Assembly (NCBI GenBank): GCA_965216565.1
Contig: OZ244170.1
Coordinates: 1,920,001-1,984,000, forward strand
DNA: 64,000 nt
Source: Bythopirellula sp.
GTDB taxonomy: Bacteria; Planctomycetota; Planctomycetia; Pirellulales; Lacipirellulaceae
Reading direction: 5' to 3'
Each line of letters opens with the position of its first letter. The stretch's first letter is position 1. Positions 21,156 to 31,834 of the stretch are shown here, in pieces. A model generated the notes under the pieces. That model ran no database searches. It saw nothing but the letters and a program-made list of their open reading frames with translations, and was not told the DNA's origin. A program made the position numbers and the translations under genes.

Positions 21156-22667
21156 ATGAACTCTTCTTTGAAGAGCGTGCTATCGCTCACATTAGGCGTG
21201 TGTTTACTCTACACGAGCACCGCTTCTGCCCAGCTATTTCAAAGGGCCAAATCCGCTGATCCGCAGTCTTACAAGACGAAGGTAGACAAGCAGGTCAGGC
21301 GGGCCGTTGTTGCAGAAGACAGCCAAAACAAAAACTCTGTCGCTAAGCCAAAGGCCAAGGTTAAAACAAAGTCAAAGCCACAACCTAAACGCAAGCCACA
21401 AAGCGTTAAACAGGTTTCCTACAACACCTTCGATTCCACAGGAATCGAAGGGTTCCACGACGGAGCAGGCTCTTTGGAGCCCGTTCCCATGGAACATTCC
21501 CAGGGATCCATCTCGATGGACGGTTGCAGTAGCTGTCCCCTAGGTTCTGGCTGCGATTGTTGCGACGAATCGTGCTGCGGCGACTGCTGCTTTGATTGTC
21601 TCGACTGCTGCGGTCCTCCGAGAAGCATCTGCGATCGCCCCGGGCAGTTCTTCTTCATTGGTGAATACATCTATGCCCGAGCGAGCTTCAGCGAAGCATT
21701 GGCTTATGTAATTACTGATTCGAATAATCCACAAGACGGTGCAGAATTCGTCGAATTCGATTTCGACTACGAATCGTCTTACCGCTTCTCCGGCGGCTAT
21801 CGCTTGAACGATTGCGGTGCTGAAATTGTGTTCAACTATTCACGCTATCGCAGCGATGCCAGATTTGAAGTTGAGGATGGAGGAGCCAACATCCAGATCT
21901 TTGGACCTTACGAAATCGAGCCTCGCGAAACTGGCGGTATTCTATCCGGCTTCGCCGATGTGGACATTGACTCGTACGATTTGGGAATCACCAAGACCAT
22001 CCCGCTGGGCTGCCCCTTAGGATGCTGCGATTCGTGTTGCGATACCTGCTGCGGCAGCGGTTGCGATGATGTTTGCTGTGGGGACTCGTGCTGCGACGAC
22101 GTCTGCTGTGGCGATAGCTGTGGCAGTTGCTGGTGCCCCGCTTGGGATATCACCTGGTCTGCCGGAGTTCGATTTGCAGAAGTCGATTGGAATCGTAGTA
22201 CTTTCGCGTTCGACGATGGAGAGAACTCGCCGTTCGAAGGCTCTGACACCCGGCTTTCATTCGATGGAGCTGGTGCCCGCGTAGGAATATTGGGCCGTCG
22301 CTACTTTGGTTGCTCTGGATGGTTCAGCGCCTACGCCAAAGGGGATATCTCGTTGCTGGTTGGCGACATGGATATCCGTACAACTATTCGAGACTTTGAA
22401 AGTTCGGTTCTGCAGAATGTTGTTTCCCACCGCAACAGTGGCCGTCGAGTTATTCCTGTCACCGAGTTGGAGGCAGGCGTTACAGCGCACCTAGGGAAAC
22501 ACGTTCACCTTAGCTCGGGCTATTTTATCTCCGCCTGGCACGATTTAGGAATGCGTGACGAATACGACTTCGTTGCTGGTGGAGGTGGCTTCCAGCTCTC
22601 GCACTACGACGATGCAAACATCCTCGGTTTCGATGGTCTGTTTGCTCGTGCTGAGATTACCTACTAG
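21156..22667 (+). CDS. Outer-membrane beta-barrel (Lpg1974/BBP7-like) with Cys-rich inserts
   Basis: AAGGGGG RBS, signal peptide, amphipathic strands, C-terminal FDGLFARAEITY beta-signal. Confidence 0.8.
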   Translation: MNSSLKSVLSLTLGVCLLYTSTASAQLFQRAKSADPQSYKTKVDKQVRRAVVAEDSQNKNSVAKPKAKVKTKSKPQPKRKPQSVKQVSYNTFDSTGIEGFHDGAGSLEPVPMEHSQGSISMDGCSSCPLGSGCDCCDESCCGDCCFDCLDCCGPPRSICDRPGQFFFIGEYIYARASFSEALAYVITDSNNPQDGAEFVEFDFDYESSYRFSGGYRLNDCGAEIVFNYSRYRSDARFEVEDGGANIQIFGPYEIEPRETGGILSGFADVDIDSYDLGITKTIPLGCPLGCCDSCCDTCCGSGCDDVCCGDSCCDDVCCGDSCGSCWCPAWDITWSAGVRFAEVDWNRSTFAFDDGENSPFEGSDTRLSFDGAGARVGILGRRYFGCSGWFSAYAKGDISLLVGDMDIRTTIRDFESSVLQNVVSHRNSGRRVIPVTELEAGVTAHLGKHVHLSSGYFISAWHDLGMRDEYDFVAGGGGFQLSHYDDANILGFDGLFARAEITY

Positions 22668-22696
22668 CGACAAACATCTGAGAACTCAGATCCCGC

Positions 22697-22733
22697 AACG
22701 GGCTTGGCAGAAATTTCTGCTGAGCCCGTTTTT
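22697..22733 (+). terminator. Intrinsic terminator
   Basis: AACGGGCTTGGCAGA...TCTGCTGAGCCCGTT stem with G.U pairs valid on the + strand, then a T-tract. Confidence 0.8.
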
Positions 22734-22828
22734 CTATTGAATTCAACCAATAGTCAGCTGCGGCAAACCAATGGTAAAAAGCGCACGCTTACCGGAGAGA
22801 AGAAAGCGTCTTTTAAAGAAGAGCTAAT

Positions 22829-23023
22829 CTAACGGCCTAGTTTCAGATCGCGGCGGTTACGTCGTTCAGCACGCAGGCGGGCGCGACGCTTCGTTTCGCT
22901 AGGCTTCTCATAGAACTCGCGAATGCGGATTTCTTTCTTAATGCCACTTCGCTCAACCAATTTGCGAAATCTTCGTACCGCCTCTTGTGCCGACTCTTTG
23001 TCCCGTAAAGTTAACTTAACCAA
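22829..23023 (-). CDS. rpsU: 30S ribosomal protein S21
   Basis: [21 protein letters not shown]...[16 protein letters not shown] start after GAGGGAG. Confidence 0.95.
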   Translation of the reverse strand: MVKLTLRDKESAQEAVRRFRKLVERSGIKKEIRIREFYEKPSETKRRARLRAERRNRRDLKLGR

Positions 23024-23391
23024 CTCAATCTCCCTCAATTTTTGGATGTGATTCCAGCAGGTAGTTTCGCCAAGGATTGGTGAAAACCCTTAATGTACCA
23101 CCACTTAGCGAAAACGTCTAGACCGCAGAGTGGAGGAGTCTCGACCTGGGGATGCGTGGAAACAGCTAGGATTCTAGCGTTTTCGAGAAATAGACTCCTC
23201 ATTTTCCGCTTGGTCCATAGCAAGAGTGATCGTCATAACCGGAATGACCCGCCCTCGCCAATTAGGCCAAAGCAGATTTCCCGCCGCGTCCCTCTTGCCA
23301 GAGTTTCGACCCAGCCGATGGAAACATTGCATTGCTAGATTGCATTGCAGCACTGCCGACACTCACCCGGATTCCTGGACGTTGGATTCTA

Positions 23392-23535
23392 ATGGATCAA
23401 ATTGCCCACGCCGATACCCTTCAGGCGCTCGATCAAAAACATGATCAGTTACTAGAAGAGCTAGATTCGCTCATTAGCGAAGTCGAGCAGACATTGGTCA
23501 GCGTGACACCCAAGAAGGAATCTAGCGACGACTAG
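23392..23535 (+). CDS. Small acidic coiled-coil hypothetical protein (47 aa)
   Basis: MDQIAHADTLQALDQKHDQLLEELDSLISEVEQTL shows a heptad pattern. Confidence 0.55.
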   Translation: MDQIAHADTLQALDQKHDQLLEELDSLISEVEQTLVSVTPKKESSDD

Positions 23536-23578
23536 ACTCAATGGACGCCTGCACCAGGCAGGCCTGCTCGTTAACAGT

Positions 23579-25237
23579 CTATTTCTTGCGGTCCAGATGG
23601 CCACTCTTATTGATCGCAACGAGCAGTCGAACGCCCATCGCGGCACTCAGTGCCAATCCTAGAGCACCTGGAACAGAAACACCGTGAAACGGCCAAACAA
23701 GGTGCGTGACTAATTGGACTGATCCGATGAACAGAGCACTTGTCAAAAGCCCTAGCACTAGGCGATTCACCGAAGGCTCTAAGCCCCGGTGATCTAAGTG
23801 CACATCGAAGCGTCCGCTTTGAACTTGTTGCAGAATATCTCGAAGTCGTCGCGGAACGACTTCGGCCAATTGTTGCATTTCATAGGCAACCCGCCTTGCC
23901 TTGCGAAGTTGTCGCGTGGGAGAAAGCCGACGAGCGAGGATCGTTCGCTGATAAGGCTCCAGAATCTCCATGAGGCTAAAATCAGGCTCAAGTCTTTGGG
24001 CGGTCCCCTCAAGCATAATCAGCACCTTCAAGATGAGAGCGATCTGTGAAGGCAATACAATCTCGTATCGCCTCATGATTTCGAACATCTCTGTCAGGGC
24101 GGAAGTAAGCTGGAAATGCTCAACCGGCTGATTCGCATAGTGAGAAATGAAGTCGGAGAGATCCAGGCTCAGTCCGGATTCGTCAAATCCCAGGGGCACC
24201 GCAGCGATTCTTGTTATTACGGAAACCAATCGCTCAGCGTCTTGCTGGACGATTGAGAGTAACAATTCCTCAAAATCTTCTCGCAAACCGCTATCAATCC
24301 GAACCACCATGCCATAATCCAACAGGCCCAACCTGCCTTCTGGAGTGAGCATCAGATTTCCTGGATGGGGATCGGCATGGTACAAGGCATGCTCGAAAAT
24401 CATCTCCAGATACATCTCTGCTCCGGCACGGGTAATCTCGGCCAGATCGACGTCCAGTTCTATGACATCTTTCGGCGTGGCCAGCGATACACCGTCCAGC
24501 CACTGCATAACGATCACCCGATCGCCGGAAAGCTCTGGATAGACTTTCGGAATCAGAAGTTTGTCGTTCTCCGCAAACGCGGCGGCGAACTGTTCCATAT
24601 GCCTTCGCTCGCGTGTGAAATCTAGTTCGCGACGCAATGCTCGCTGAAATTCCGACGCCATCGTCGAAGGGCGGTAAGATTCGAATTCCGGAATTCGCTC
24701 AGCGAGCTGTGCCAGTCCCATGAATATGTCGAGGTCAATATTTACCCGCTCGCATATATCTGCATGCTGAACTTTTACGGCAACCTCCTCACCAGACTTC
24801 AACCTAGCACGGTGCACCTGGCCAATCGAGGCTGATGCTACAGGTCGATCTCCAAACTCAGAGAATAATTCGTCCAAGGGCTGACCAAGGTCTTCGACAA
24901 TAGTACCCGATACCTGTTCGAAGGGGTCCGCGGGAACATTCACTTGGAGTTTTTCTAATTCCCTCGCCAGCTCGGCACCCACGACATCGGGCCTGGTGCC
25001 CATGATCTGGCCTAGCTTAATAAACGTTGGACCTAACTCTTCGAGTGCCAGACGTATACAAACCTCGCGACTCTGATTGGCAAGGGCCTCTCCATTGCGA
25101 TTCTTGAGTAAATTCTTGCCCGGTGCAAAATCAAACCGGCCCAACCAACCAGCAAGCCCATACTTGCTGAGGATCGAGAGGATTTCTCCCCATCGATTCA
25201 CGTTTCGGTAAATCTGTGGAATGGTACTTATGCGCAT
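23579..25237 (-). CDS. ubiB: AarF/UbiB (ABC1) family atypical kinase
   Basis: LGPTFIKLGQ, ASASIGQVHRA, VAVKVQ, HADPHPGN, LLDYGMV; two C-terminal TM helices. Confidence 0.92.
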   Translation of the reverse strand: MRISTIPQIYRNVNRWGEILSILSKYGLAGWLGRFDFAPGKNLLKNRNGEALANQSREVCIRLALEELGPTFIKLGQIMGTRPDVVGAELARELEKLQVNVPADPFEQVSGTIVEDLGQPLDELFSEFGDRPVASASIGQVHRARLKSGEEVAVKVQHADICERVNIDLDIFMGLAQLAERIPEFESYRPSTMASEFQRALRRELDFTRERRHMEQFAAAFAENDKLLIPKVYPELSGDRVIVMQWLDGVSLATPKDVIELDVDLAEITRAGAEMYLEMIFEHALYHADPHPGNLMLTPEGRLGLLDYGMVVRIDSGLREDFEELLLSIVQQDAERLVSVITRIAAVPLGFDESGLSLDLSDFISHYANQPVEHFQLTSALTEMFEIMRRYEIVLPSQIALILKVLIMLEGTAQRLEPDFSLMEILEPYQRTILARRLSPTRQLRKARRVAYEMQQLAEVVPRRLRDILQQVQSGRFDVHLDHRGLEPSVNRLVLGLLTSALFIGSVQLVTHLVWPFHGVSVPGALGLALSAAMGVRLLVAINKSGHLDRKK

Positions 25238-25675
25238 CAGTTGGTAAGCGAGGGTTCGCGGGTGAATCTATAGTTCCATTGTACGATCGCTATTGAGGTC
25301 TGTGCAACGCACTAATAAACAAGCACAAAAGGCCCTGATAGAGAAGGAAAGGCAGACGGGTGACAGTGGATGTGCTCAGAAGTAATCCGCGTGGAGAACC
25401 TCCGACGTTGATTGCAGTAGCTTGGGATTGCAGCATCTAGACTTGTGCAGCAATGTGATGACCTAAGTTAGCTCGTCATTAAGTCTCACTTAGCCAGCCA
25501 CCTCAATCCGATTCCTACAACAGTGAAGTAGGCATCCAACGACGTCGACGTAGCCAACTAAAAAGTGAAACAGCAGTCCGAAAGTAGAAATATAGAATCG
25601 AGGAATTTCCGATTACGGAAACTAGGTCGTCAAGAACATTGCGAAGCGATTCTACTTCGCGTTCTCTTCAACGCC

Positions 25676-25720
25676 ATTGAAATCATCGTCATTGAAGTCA
25701 TCGTCATCGAAATCATCCAC
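25676..25720. repeat. Three-copy 15-bp tandem repeat
   Basis: ATTGAAATCATCGTC / ATTGAAGTCATCGTC / ATCGAAATCATCCAC. Confidence 0.7.
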
Positions 25721-26090
25721 TCAGGGGAGACTTGAGGTGCCTTTCGGCGCTGTTATTCGGACTCCTGAACGCTACTTGAGGACACCCGCCTCAGGGCAGG
25801 TAGCCTACCCCTCATCCTGACCAGTAGCGACCTGTGAGAGCCGCATTGCTATGGCTTTTTTACCCCAAAACCCCTATAGTTACTTGTCTTGGACGGGATA
25901 TCTACGGAACAGCAGAGCAATTGTCCGATCACTCTCTTAGTCGCTGAGTGGGTAGTCAATATTGCCTACCTACTCTCTTTTCGTTACTGAGTGTGAATCG
26001 CACTTCCTAATTGCTCTTCTTTGGTTAGCTCATTTTCTTCTCAGCAAGAAAACTGAGCTAGACAGGAACTTTTCTAGAGGCAGATAGATA

Positions 26091-29000
26091 ATGGGCATTC
26101 GATCCGATTTGTGGCAATTGATTGCCGCTTCGTTTTGTTTCAACAAGAGCACTGAGAAAAGTCTTCTAAAGAATCGACCGCAGCTTGGTATCGAACAACT
26201 CGAACCGAGAAAGTTGCTGTCGGTAAGTCGTGTACAGATCAGTAGTCTTGCGCCCACGCTGATTATCGAAGGCTCGAATCTCGATGATGTTGTGACAGTG
26301 TCTGAAAATGTGCCTAATGTGCTCACGGTCAGTTACGAGTGCAACGGGCAACAAATGACCGACACGTTCGATAAGTCTTTAGTCGACAAAATCGTTTTCC
26401 AGGGACTGGATGGCAATGACCAATTTACGAATCAAACAGATCTTCCCACGATAGCCTACGGACACGCTGGAACCGACATCCTCACTGGTGGATCCGGCGC
26501 AGATGAACTTTGGGGTGGCACTGGTGATGACACCCTTACCGGCGGAGCAGGCGCCGATACGATTCGGGGTGAAGAGGGCGCAGATCTGATCCTAGGCCAG
26601 GGAGGACGCGACATACTGGATGGTGGGCTCGACGAAGATCAGATTTATGGCGGTATTGGCGACGACACCATCTATGGTCGCGAAGCCAACGACCTCTTAT
26701 ATGGCGAGGACGGCAACGACATAGTCAGCGGCAATGAAGGGAACGACATTCTCGAAGGCGGTGACGGTAACGACATCCTAGATGGTGACAGTGGAAACGA
26801 CACCCTGCGCGGAGATGACGGAGTCGACACGCTCCGTGGCGAGGATGGAAACGACCTTCTGGTCGGTGGACTTGGAGATGATACCCTAATCGGAGGCGAG
26901 CATTCAGATCAGCTCTATGGTGGTGGCGATAACGATTTTCTACACGGCGAAGGAGGGAACGACCTCCTATTTGGAGAAGCTGGCGACGATGTTGTTTATG
27001 GCGATGCTGGCGATGACATACTCGATGGTGACGATGGCGATGATACCCTGGAAGGAGGCGATGGCAACGATGTCCTGCGCGGTGACGCGGGAGCCGATAT
27101 CCTTCGCGGGGAGGGCGGCCAAGATCAATTAGAAGGTGGGGCCGGGGACGACTCCTTGATTGGTGGATTCGACAATGACACTCTCATCGGTGGTGACGAT
27201 GCGGATCAGCTGCGTGGTGGGGATGGAAACGATATCCTCGAGGGCAATGGAGGAAACGACGACCTATTCGGTGACAACGGCGACGACGATCTCAAGGGTG
27301 GCCTGGGAGACGATCAGCTTTGGGGAGGCCAAGAAGATGACATTCTTAACGGGGCTTTCGGGGCGGACACTCTACGCGGTGAGGCAGGAAACGATACTCT
27401 GCTAGGCGGCTCTGAAAATGACATGCTGATTGGAGGAGACGGCAATGACAGCCTCACTGGCAGCACGGGCGACGACTCGCTATTTGGAGGGCTAGGTGAC
27501 GATACTCTCTACGGAAATACCGGGATTGATATTCTAGATGGCGATGCAGGGAACGACGTTCTTTATGGAGGAACCGGTGACGACGATCTGTTCGGGGATC
27601 TGGGTAACGATGAGATCTATGGTCACGATGGCATTGACAATCTACGCGGCGGTGATGGAAGCGACACCCTCAGAGGTGGTGACGGTAACGACACACTCTC
27701 TGGTCAGCAAGGCGTCGATACCCTGTTTGGCGAAGCAGGTGACGATACTCTAGATGGTGGCTCAGAGAATGATACTCTCGAGGGACAAGCAGGTATCGAC
27801 ACCCTTCTCGGAGGTGACGGTGACGACTTACTGAGGGGCGGAACCGAAAACGATATCTTGTCCGGTCAGGCAGGGTTCGATTCTCTCCTGGGAGGGGATG
27901 GGGATGATATCTTGGACGGAGGAACTGAAGATGATTCTCTCTTCGGACACAATGGGAACGACACGCTACGCGGCGGAGAGGGCAACGATCTTTTATACGG
28001 TCAATTGGGCAATGATTACCTTGAGGGACAAAACGGTAATGACTCTCTCTATGGCCATGATGGTGTTGATCAGTTGCATGGAGGAGATGGAAACGATGTC
28101 CTGAGTGGTGCAGCGGAAAATGACACTTTAACTGGCGGGGCTGGTAACGATACCGTTATAGGGGGGACAGGTGACGACACCATCGACGGAGGCCTCGGTA
28201 ACGATACTCTCCGTGGCGATGCTGGTGACGACACGATCGATGGTTCCGATGGCGACGATCTTCTCATCGGAAATGATGGCAATGACACTCTCAACGGAGG
28301 GGCGGGTGCAGACAACATCATTGCAGGAGACGGAAATGATGTCGCAAATGGAAATGCAGACAATGATGTTATTCAGGGGGGAGCAGGCAACGACACGCTC
28401 AACGGTCAATCGGGGGACGACGCACTTTCGGGCGGCGATGGCAATGACATCATATCCGGTCAACAAGGAAACGATCTTCTTCAGGGAAGCTTTGGGGCCG
28501 ATACGCTCTATGGAAACGATGGAAACGATGAGATTTACGGCGGCGACGATTTTGATGTCGTCTATGGAGGTGCCGACGACGATCAAATCAGCGGTGGAGA
28601 CGGGAATGACTTGCTACATGGAGAAGCTGGAGATGATACTATTTCTGGCAACAATGGCCACGATACAATCACTGGTGGAACAGAGAACGATCAGTTATTT
28701 GGCAACGAGGGACGCGACACGCTCCAAGGCCTAAGTGGGGACGACTTGATCTATGGCGCCGAAGGGGATGACACCATCTTAGGTGGCACTGGCGACGACA
28801 TGATATTCGGTGAAGGCGGCGACGATTACATTGAGGGTGCTGTCGGAAACGATCTTCTCTCGGGCGGCGATGGCGCAGATGATTTACAGGCGGGCGATGG
28901 GCAAGACGTCCTAATCGGTGGCGATGCCATCGATGTACTGAATGGTTCTGCAGGGGAAGACCTGCTGATCGGGGGAATTGTTGATCACAGCTTCGCCGAT

Positions 29001-31472
29001 CTCGATGCTTTGCTTTCTGTCTGGTCGGGGCCATTGGACTACGCTAGCCGAATCCTTGCTATTGAGGACTCAAGCTTCTCTGGGTACCTCGAATCGCACG
29101 CAACCGTCATGGACGATTATGTGCCTGATTCTGTAAGTGGAAGCGACGGCAAGGATTGGTTCTTCAAGCCAGGTGTACTCGGCATCTATGACGCTGCGAG
29201 TACTGGTGGAGGGACTCACGGTGGAGGCGGTCAACATCAGGGACCGGTCATTCTGCAAAATGCTCCGGTCGTTGAAGGCTTTGCTCTGATCGACTCGCTC
29301 GACCATCTAGAAGATAAGAGCGCAGATGAGGCATTACACACTCTGATCCCCCACGGTGACGACGCTGTCAAGCAAAAAGAGCACCTGGCGCTGTTCGAAC
29401 TAGTGAAGTACGACCAAGTAACACATACCGCTATGCAAAACGGCGACTGGTCGAATCCATCCACTTGGGCGAATGGCATCGTACCATCGGCTAATGCCCG
29501 CGTGCTGATTCCGGTAGGTGTCGAAGTAACGGTTGACGGTGTAATCTCGACAGAGTTTTTCTCAGTTCGAATAGACGGCACACTTGCGTTCGCTACAAAT
29601 GTCGATACCGAACTTCGTGCCGACACAATCATCGGCTCGGCGGCCAGCACCCTTCGCATGGGCACTTCCACACAGCCTATCGAACCAAATGTCACAGCCA
29701 GAATGGTCTTTACTGATAATGGCGCAATCGACCGCGTCTACGACCCTTTCGGTATCAGTCGCGGGCTTATCACCCGTGGCTCTGTGGAAGTTCACGGCAC
29801 CGAAGTCACTCCGTATCACGAAATAGCTGGCAACGCACTCTCCAATCAAGCAGCCATCCGACTCTCAGCCATACCCACTGACTGGAATGTGGGAGACGAA
29901 ATCGTTATCGCGGGAACCTCTTCCGATGCGATCGAAGATGAAACGCGCACTATCACCGCTATCTTTGGTGACTTGGTGTTCCTCTCAACACGCTTGGTCT
30001 ACGATCATGTTGCACCTACTCCCGAGTTGAGTATCCATGTCGCGAACCTGACTCGCAATGTGGTCTTCGAATCTGAGGGAACCGACATCGACAGACGTGG
30101 TCACACGATGTTTATGCACAATCGTGATGTACACGTCGCAAACGCCGCTTTCAATAGCTTAGGGCGAACCGATAAGTCTGTTTGGATCGACGATTCCGTA
30201 GTCGACGAGAATTGGCAGCTTGTCGCTGGCACTGGAACCAATCAGCGGGCTCGCTACTCCGTCCACTTCCATCGCAATGGCACCCTGGCCGATGGCAACC
30301 CGTCAACCGTCGTGGGTAGCGTGGTGAACGACAGCCCTGGGTGGGGCTTTACGAACCACAGTAGTTATGTCGACTTCACAGGCAACGTTTCGGTGAACGT
30401 TAACGGTGCAGGCTTCGCGACTGAGGTCGGCGACGAAACTGGCACCTTCAGCAATAACATTTCACTTTCCAATACCGGCTCAGGTGAAAACGATAACGAT
30501 CGTATCGACGTCCAGGACTTCGGTCACACAGGCGCTGGCTTCTGGTTCCAGGGCGCCGGTATCACAGTGGTCGATAACATCGCCACAAGTTCCGAGGGTA
30601 GTGGTTTCATCTTTTATACCCGAGGACTGATCGAGGGAAGTAACGGCCTGCCGGCTCATTACCTCACCGCCAATCTGACGGACCCCTCCATCGCTCAAGG
30701 TGCAGAGACAATCTTGGTGGATCATGTACCGGTAAAAGAATTCCAACGGAACGAAGCTTATGGCTCAAGTATTGGATTCACAATTCGGTATCATCTCCGA
30801 GAAGTGACTCACAATGGCTGGAGCACATTCGAGAATTCGACGTTCTGGAACAACGAAGTGGGCATGGATATTCCGTATACAATGCAAACCAATCTTCGTG
30901 ACATCGTTATCAAGCGAGATATCTCAGGCGTAGATTCCTCGATGGGAATCAACTCGAACCCTGTCACCGCAGATATCTTGTATGACAACCTGACTATCAT
31001 TGGTTACAACCTGGGAATTGTGGCTCCCCGCTCTGGAGCGAGCATCATTCAAGGCGGCACATTCCAGAATCGGATAGCTATTGTGGTTCGCCCAGCGATC
31101 GAAGCGAATAGCGAAATTCGCGTCGAAGGTCCAATTACATTCGTGCCATTGCCACAAGCCTATGCCCATCCAGGCCAGTGGGAGGTTGAGATGCGGTTCA
31201 TCACCGCTCCCTACCAGAGCAGCACTAACTATCTGTATCTGCCACGAACAACAATTTTGAATTACGGCCCGCACTCGAATCGCCTGATGTACTTTAGCGA
31301 ACAGGCAGCCGATGCGATTCCATTCCCCGTGGCAACGGCTGGGATTCCACCTGCCTACATCGGACTAACCACACAGCAATTGTCTGATCTGTATGGCCTG
31401 CTTCCCTCGAATATGTTTGCTCCTACCGGGGTTGTCACTGATCCCGATTTCATCGGTCTACTCGATCCTTAA
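26091..31472 (+). CDS. Large secreted RTX (hemolysin-type Ca-binding repeat) protein with G8 and parallel beta-helix domains
   Basis: N-terminal IEQLEPRKLLS (planctomycete LEPRxLL leader); about 850 aa of GGxGxDxL nonapeptides; G8-like start GDWSNPSTW; RYSVHFH; beta-helix C-terminus. Confidence 0.9.
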   Translation: MGIRSDLWQLIAASFCFNKSTEKSLLKNRPQLGIEQLEPRKLLSVSRVQISSLAPTLIIEGSNLDDVVTVSENVPNVLTVSYECNGQQMTDTFDKSLVDKIVFQGLDGNDQFTNQTDLPTIAYGHAGTDILTGGSGADELWGGTGDDTLTGGAGADTIRGEEGADLILGQGGRDILDGGLDEDQIYGGIGDDTIYGREANDLLYGEDGNDIVSGNEGNDILEGGDGNDILDGDSGNDTLRGDDGVDTLRGEDGNDLLVGGLGDDTLIGGEHSDQLYGGGDNDFLHGEGGNDLLFGEAGDDVVYGDAGDDILDGDDGDDTLEGGDGNDVLRGDAGADILRGEGGQDQLEGGAGDDSLIGGFDNDTLIGGDDADQLRGGDGNDILEGNGGNDDLFGDNGDDDLKGGLGDDQLWGGQEDDILNGAFGADTLRGEAGNDTLLGGSENDMLIGGDGNDSLTGSTGDDSLFGGLGDDTLYGNTGIDILDGDAGNDVLYGGTGDDDLFGDLGNDEIYGHDGIDNLRGGDGSDTLRGGDGNDTLSGQQGVDTLFGEAGDDTLDGGSENDTLEGQAGIDTLLGGDGDDLLRGGTENDILSGQAGFDSLLGGDGDDILDGGTEDDSLFGHNGNDTLRGGEGNDLLYGQLGNDYLEGQNGNDSLYGHDGVDQLHGGDGNDVLSGAAENDTLTGGAGNDTVIGGTGDDTIDGGLGNDTLRGDAGDDTIDGSDGDDLLIGNDGNDTLNGGAGADNIIAGDGNDVANGNADNDVIQGGAGNDTLNGQSGDDALSGGDGNDIISGQQGNDLLQGSFGADTLYGNDGNDEIYGGDDFDVVYGGADDDQISGGDGNDLLHGEAGDDTISGNNGHDTITGGTENDQLFGNEGRDTLQGLSGDDLIYGAEGDDTILGGTGDDMIFGEGGDDYIEGAVGNDLLSGGDGADDLQAGDGQDVLIGGDAIDVLNGSAGEDLLIGGIVDHSFADLDALLSVWSGPLDYASRILAIEDSSFSGYLESHATVMDDYVPDSVSGSDGKDWFFKPGVLGIYDAASTGGGTHGGGGQHQGPVILQNAPVVEGFALIDSLDHLEDKSADEALHTLIPHGDDAVKQKEHLALFELVKYDQVTHTAMQNGDWSNPSTWANGIVPSANARVLIPVGVEVTVDGVISTEFFSVRIDGTLAFATNVDTELRADTIIGSAASTLRMGTSTQPIEPNVTARMVFTDNGAIDRVYDPFGISRGLITRGSVEVHGTEVTPYHEIAGNALSNQAAIRLSAIPTDWNVGDEIVIAGTSSDAIEDETRTITAIFGDLVFLSTRLVYDHVAPTPELSIHVANLTRNVVFESEGTDIDRRGHTMFMHNRDVHVANAAFNSLGRTDKSVWIDDSVVDENWQLVAGTGTNQRARYSVHFHRNGTLADGNPSTVVGSVVNDSPGWGFTNHSSYVDFTGNVSVNVNGAGFATEVGDETGTFSNNISLSNTGSGENDNDRIDVQDFGHTGAGFWFQGAGITVVDNIATSSEGSGFIFYTRGLIEGSNGLPAHYLTANLTDPSIAQGAETILVDHVPVKEFQRNEAYGSSIGFTIRYHLREVTHNGWSTFENSTFWNNEVGMDIPYTMQTNLRDIVIKRDISGVDSSMGINSNPVTADILYDNLTIIGYNLGIVAPRSGASIIQGGTFQNRIAIVVRPAIEANSEIRVEGPITFVPLPQAYAHPGQWEVEMRFITAPYQSSTNYLYLPRTTILNYGPHSNRLMYFSEQAADAIPFPVATAGIPPAYIGLTTQQLSDLYGLLPSNMFAPTGVVTDPDFIGLLDP

Positions 31473-31515
31473 TTGCGGCAGACAACCCACACATCGATTA
31501 TCAAAGGTCCTATCC

Positions 31516-31689
31516 ATGTCGACTGATCCCCTTCAGAAAAACAAGCAGGAATACACCGAACTAATCGAGAAAATTAGTGCGGAAGGATCACCGGTGGGTA
31601 TCGACGCAAAGTACACGCATGCGATAATCATCGAATATCTGCAGCAAATCTCTGCACGACTCGATCGTCTCGAAGCTCGCCTCTCCTAA
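31516..31689 (+). CDS. Small hypothetical protein (57 aa)
   Basis: AAAGGT RBS, ATG 31516, MSTDPLQKNKQEY...SPVGIDAKYTHAIII..LEARLS. Confidence 0.7.
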   Translation: MSTDPLQKNKQEYTELIEKISAEGSPVGIDAKYTHAIIIEYLQQISARLDRLEARLS

Positions 31690-31834
31690 CAACGCACACG
31701 TTTCTCGTGCCGTTCACTCTGGGAAATCTCTGCCGAGGCTGGTAAAACAGGCAGACTGAGATCTGCTCTTTTTGCCGATCTAATCCGAAGTCCCTGCGAT
31801 CTCGCATGCGCGTAAACCACTGGTGGCTGTTCTG

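Noticed and set aside
25721..25800. Glycine-riboswitch-like words (CAGGAG, GCCGAAAGG) and an in-frame TGA before the acidic mini-ORF
   Set aside because: The full aptamer consensus is missing; the upstream frame is closed by TAG within about 17 codons with no start, so Sec readthrough is unsupported
26450..28980. Long periodic region that could be taken for a CRISPR array or DNA repeat element
   Set aside because: The periodicity is at the protein level (GGxGxD nonapeptides) with divergent codons; there are no identical repeats with unique spacers and no cas genes
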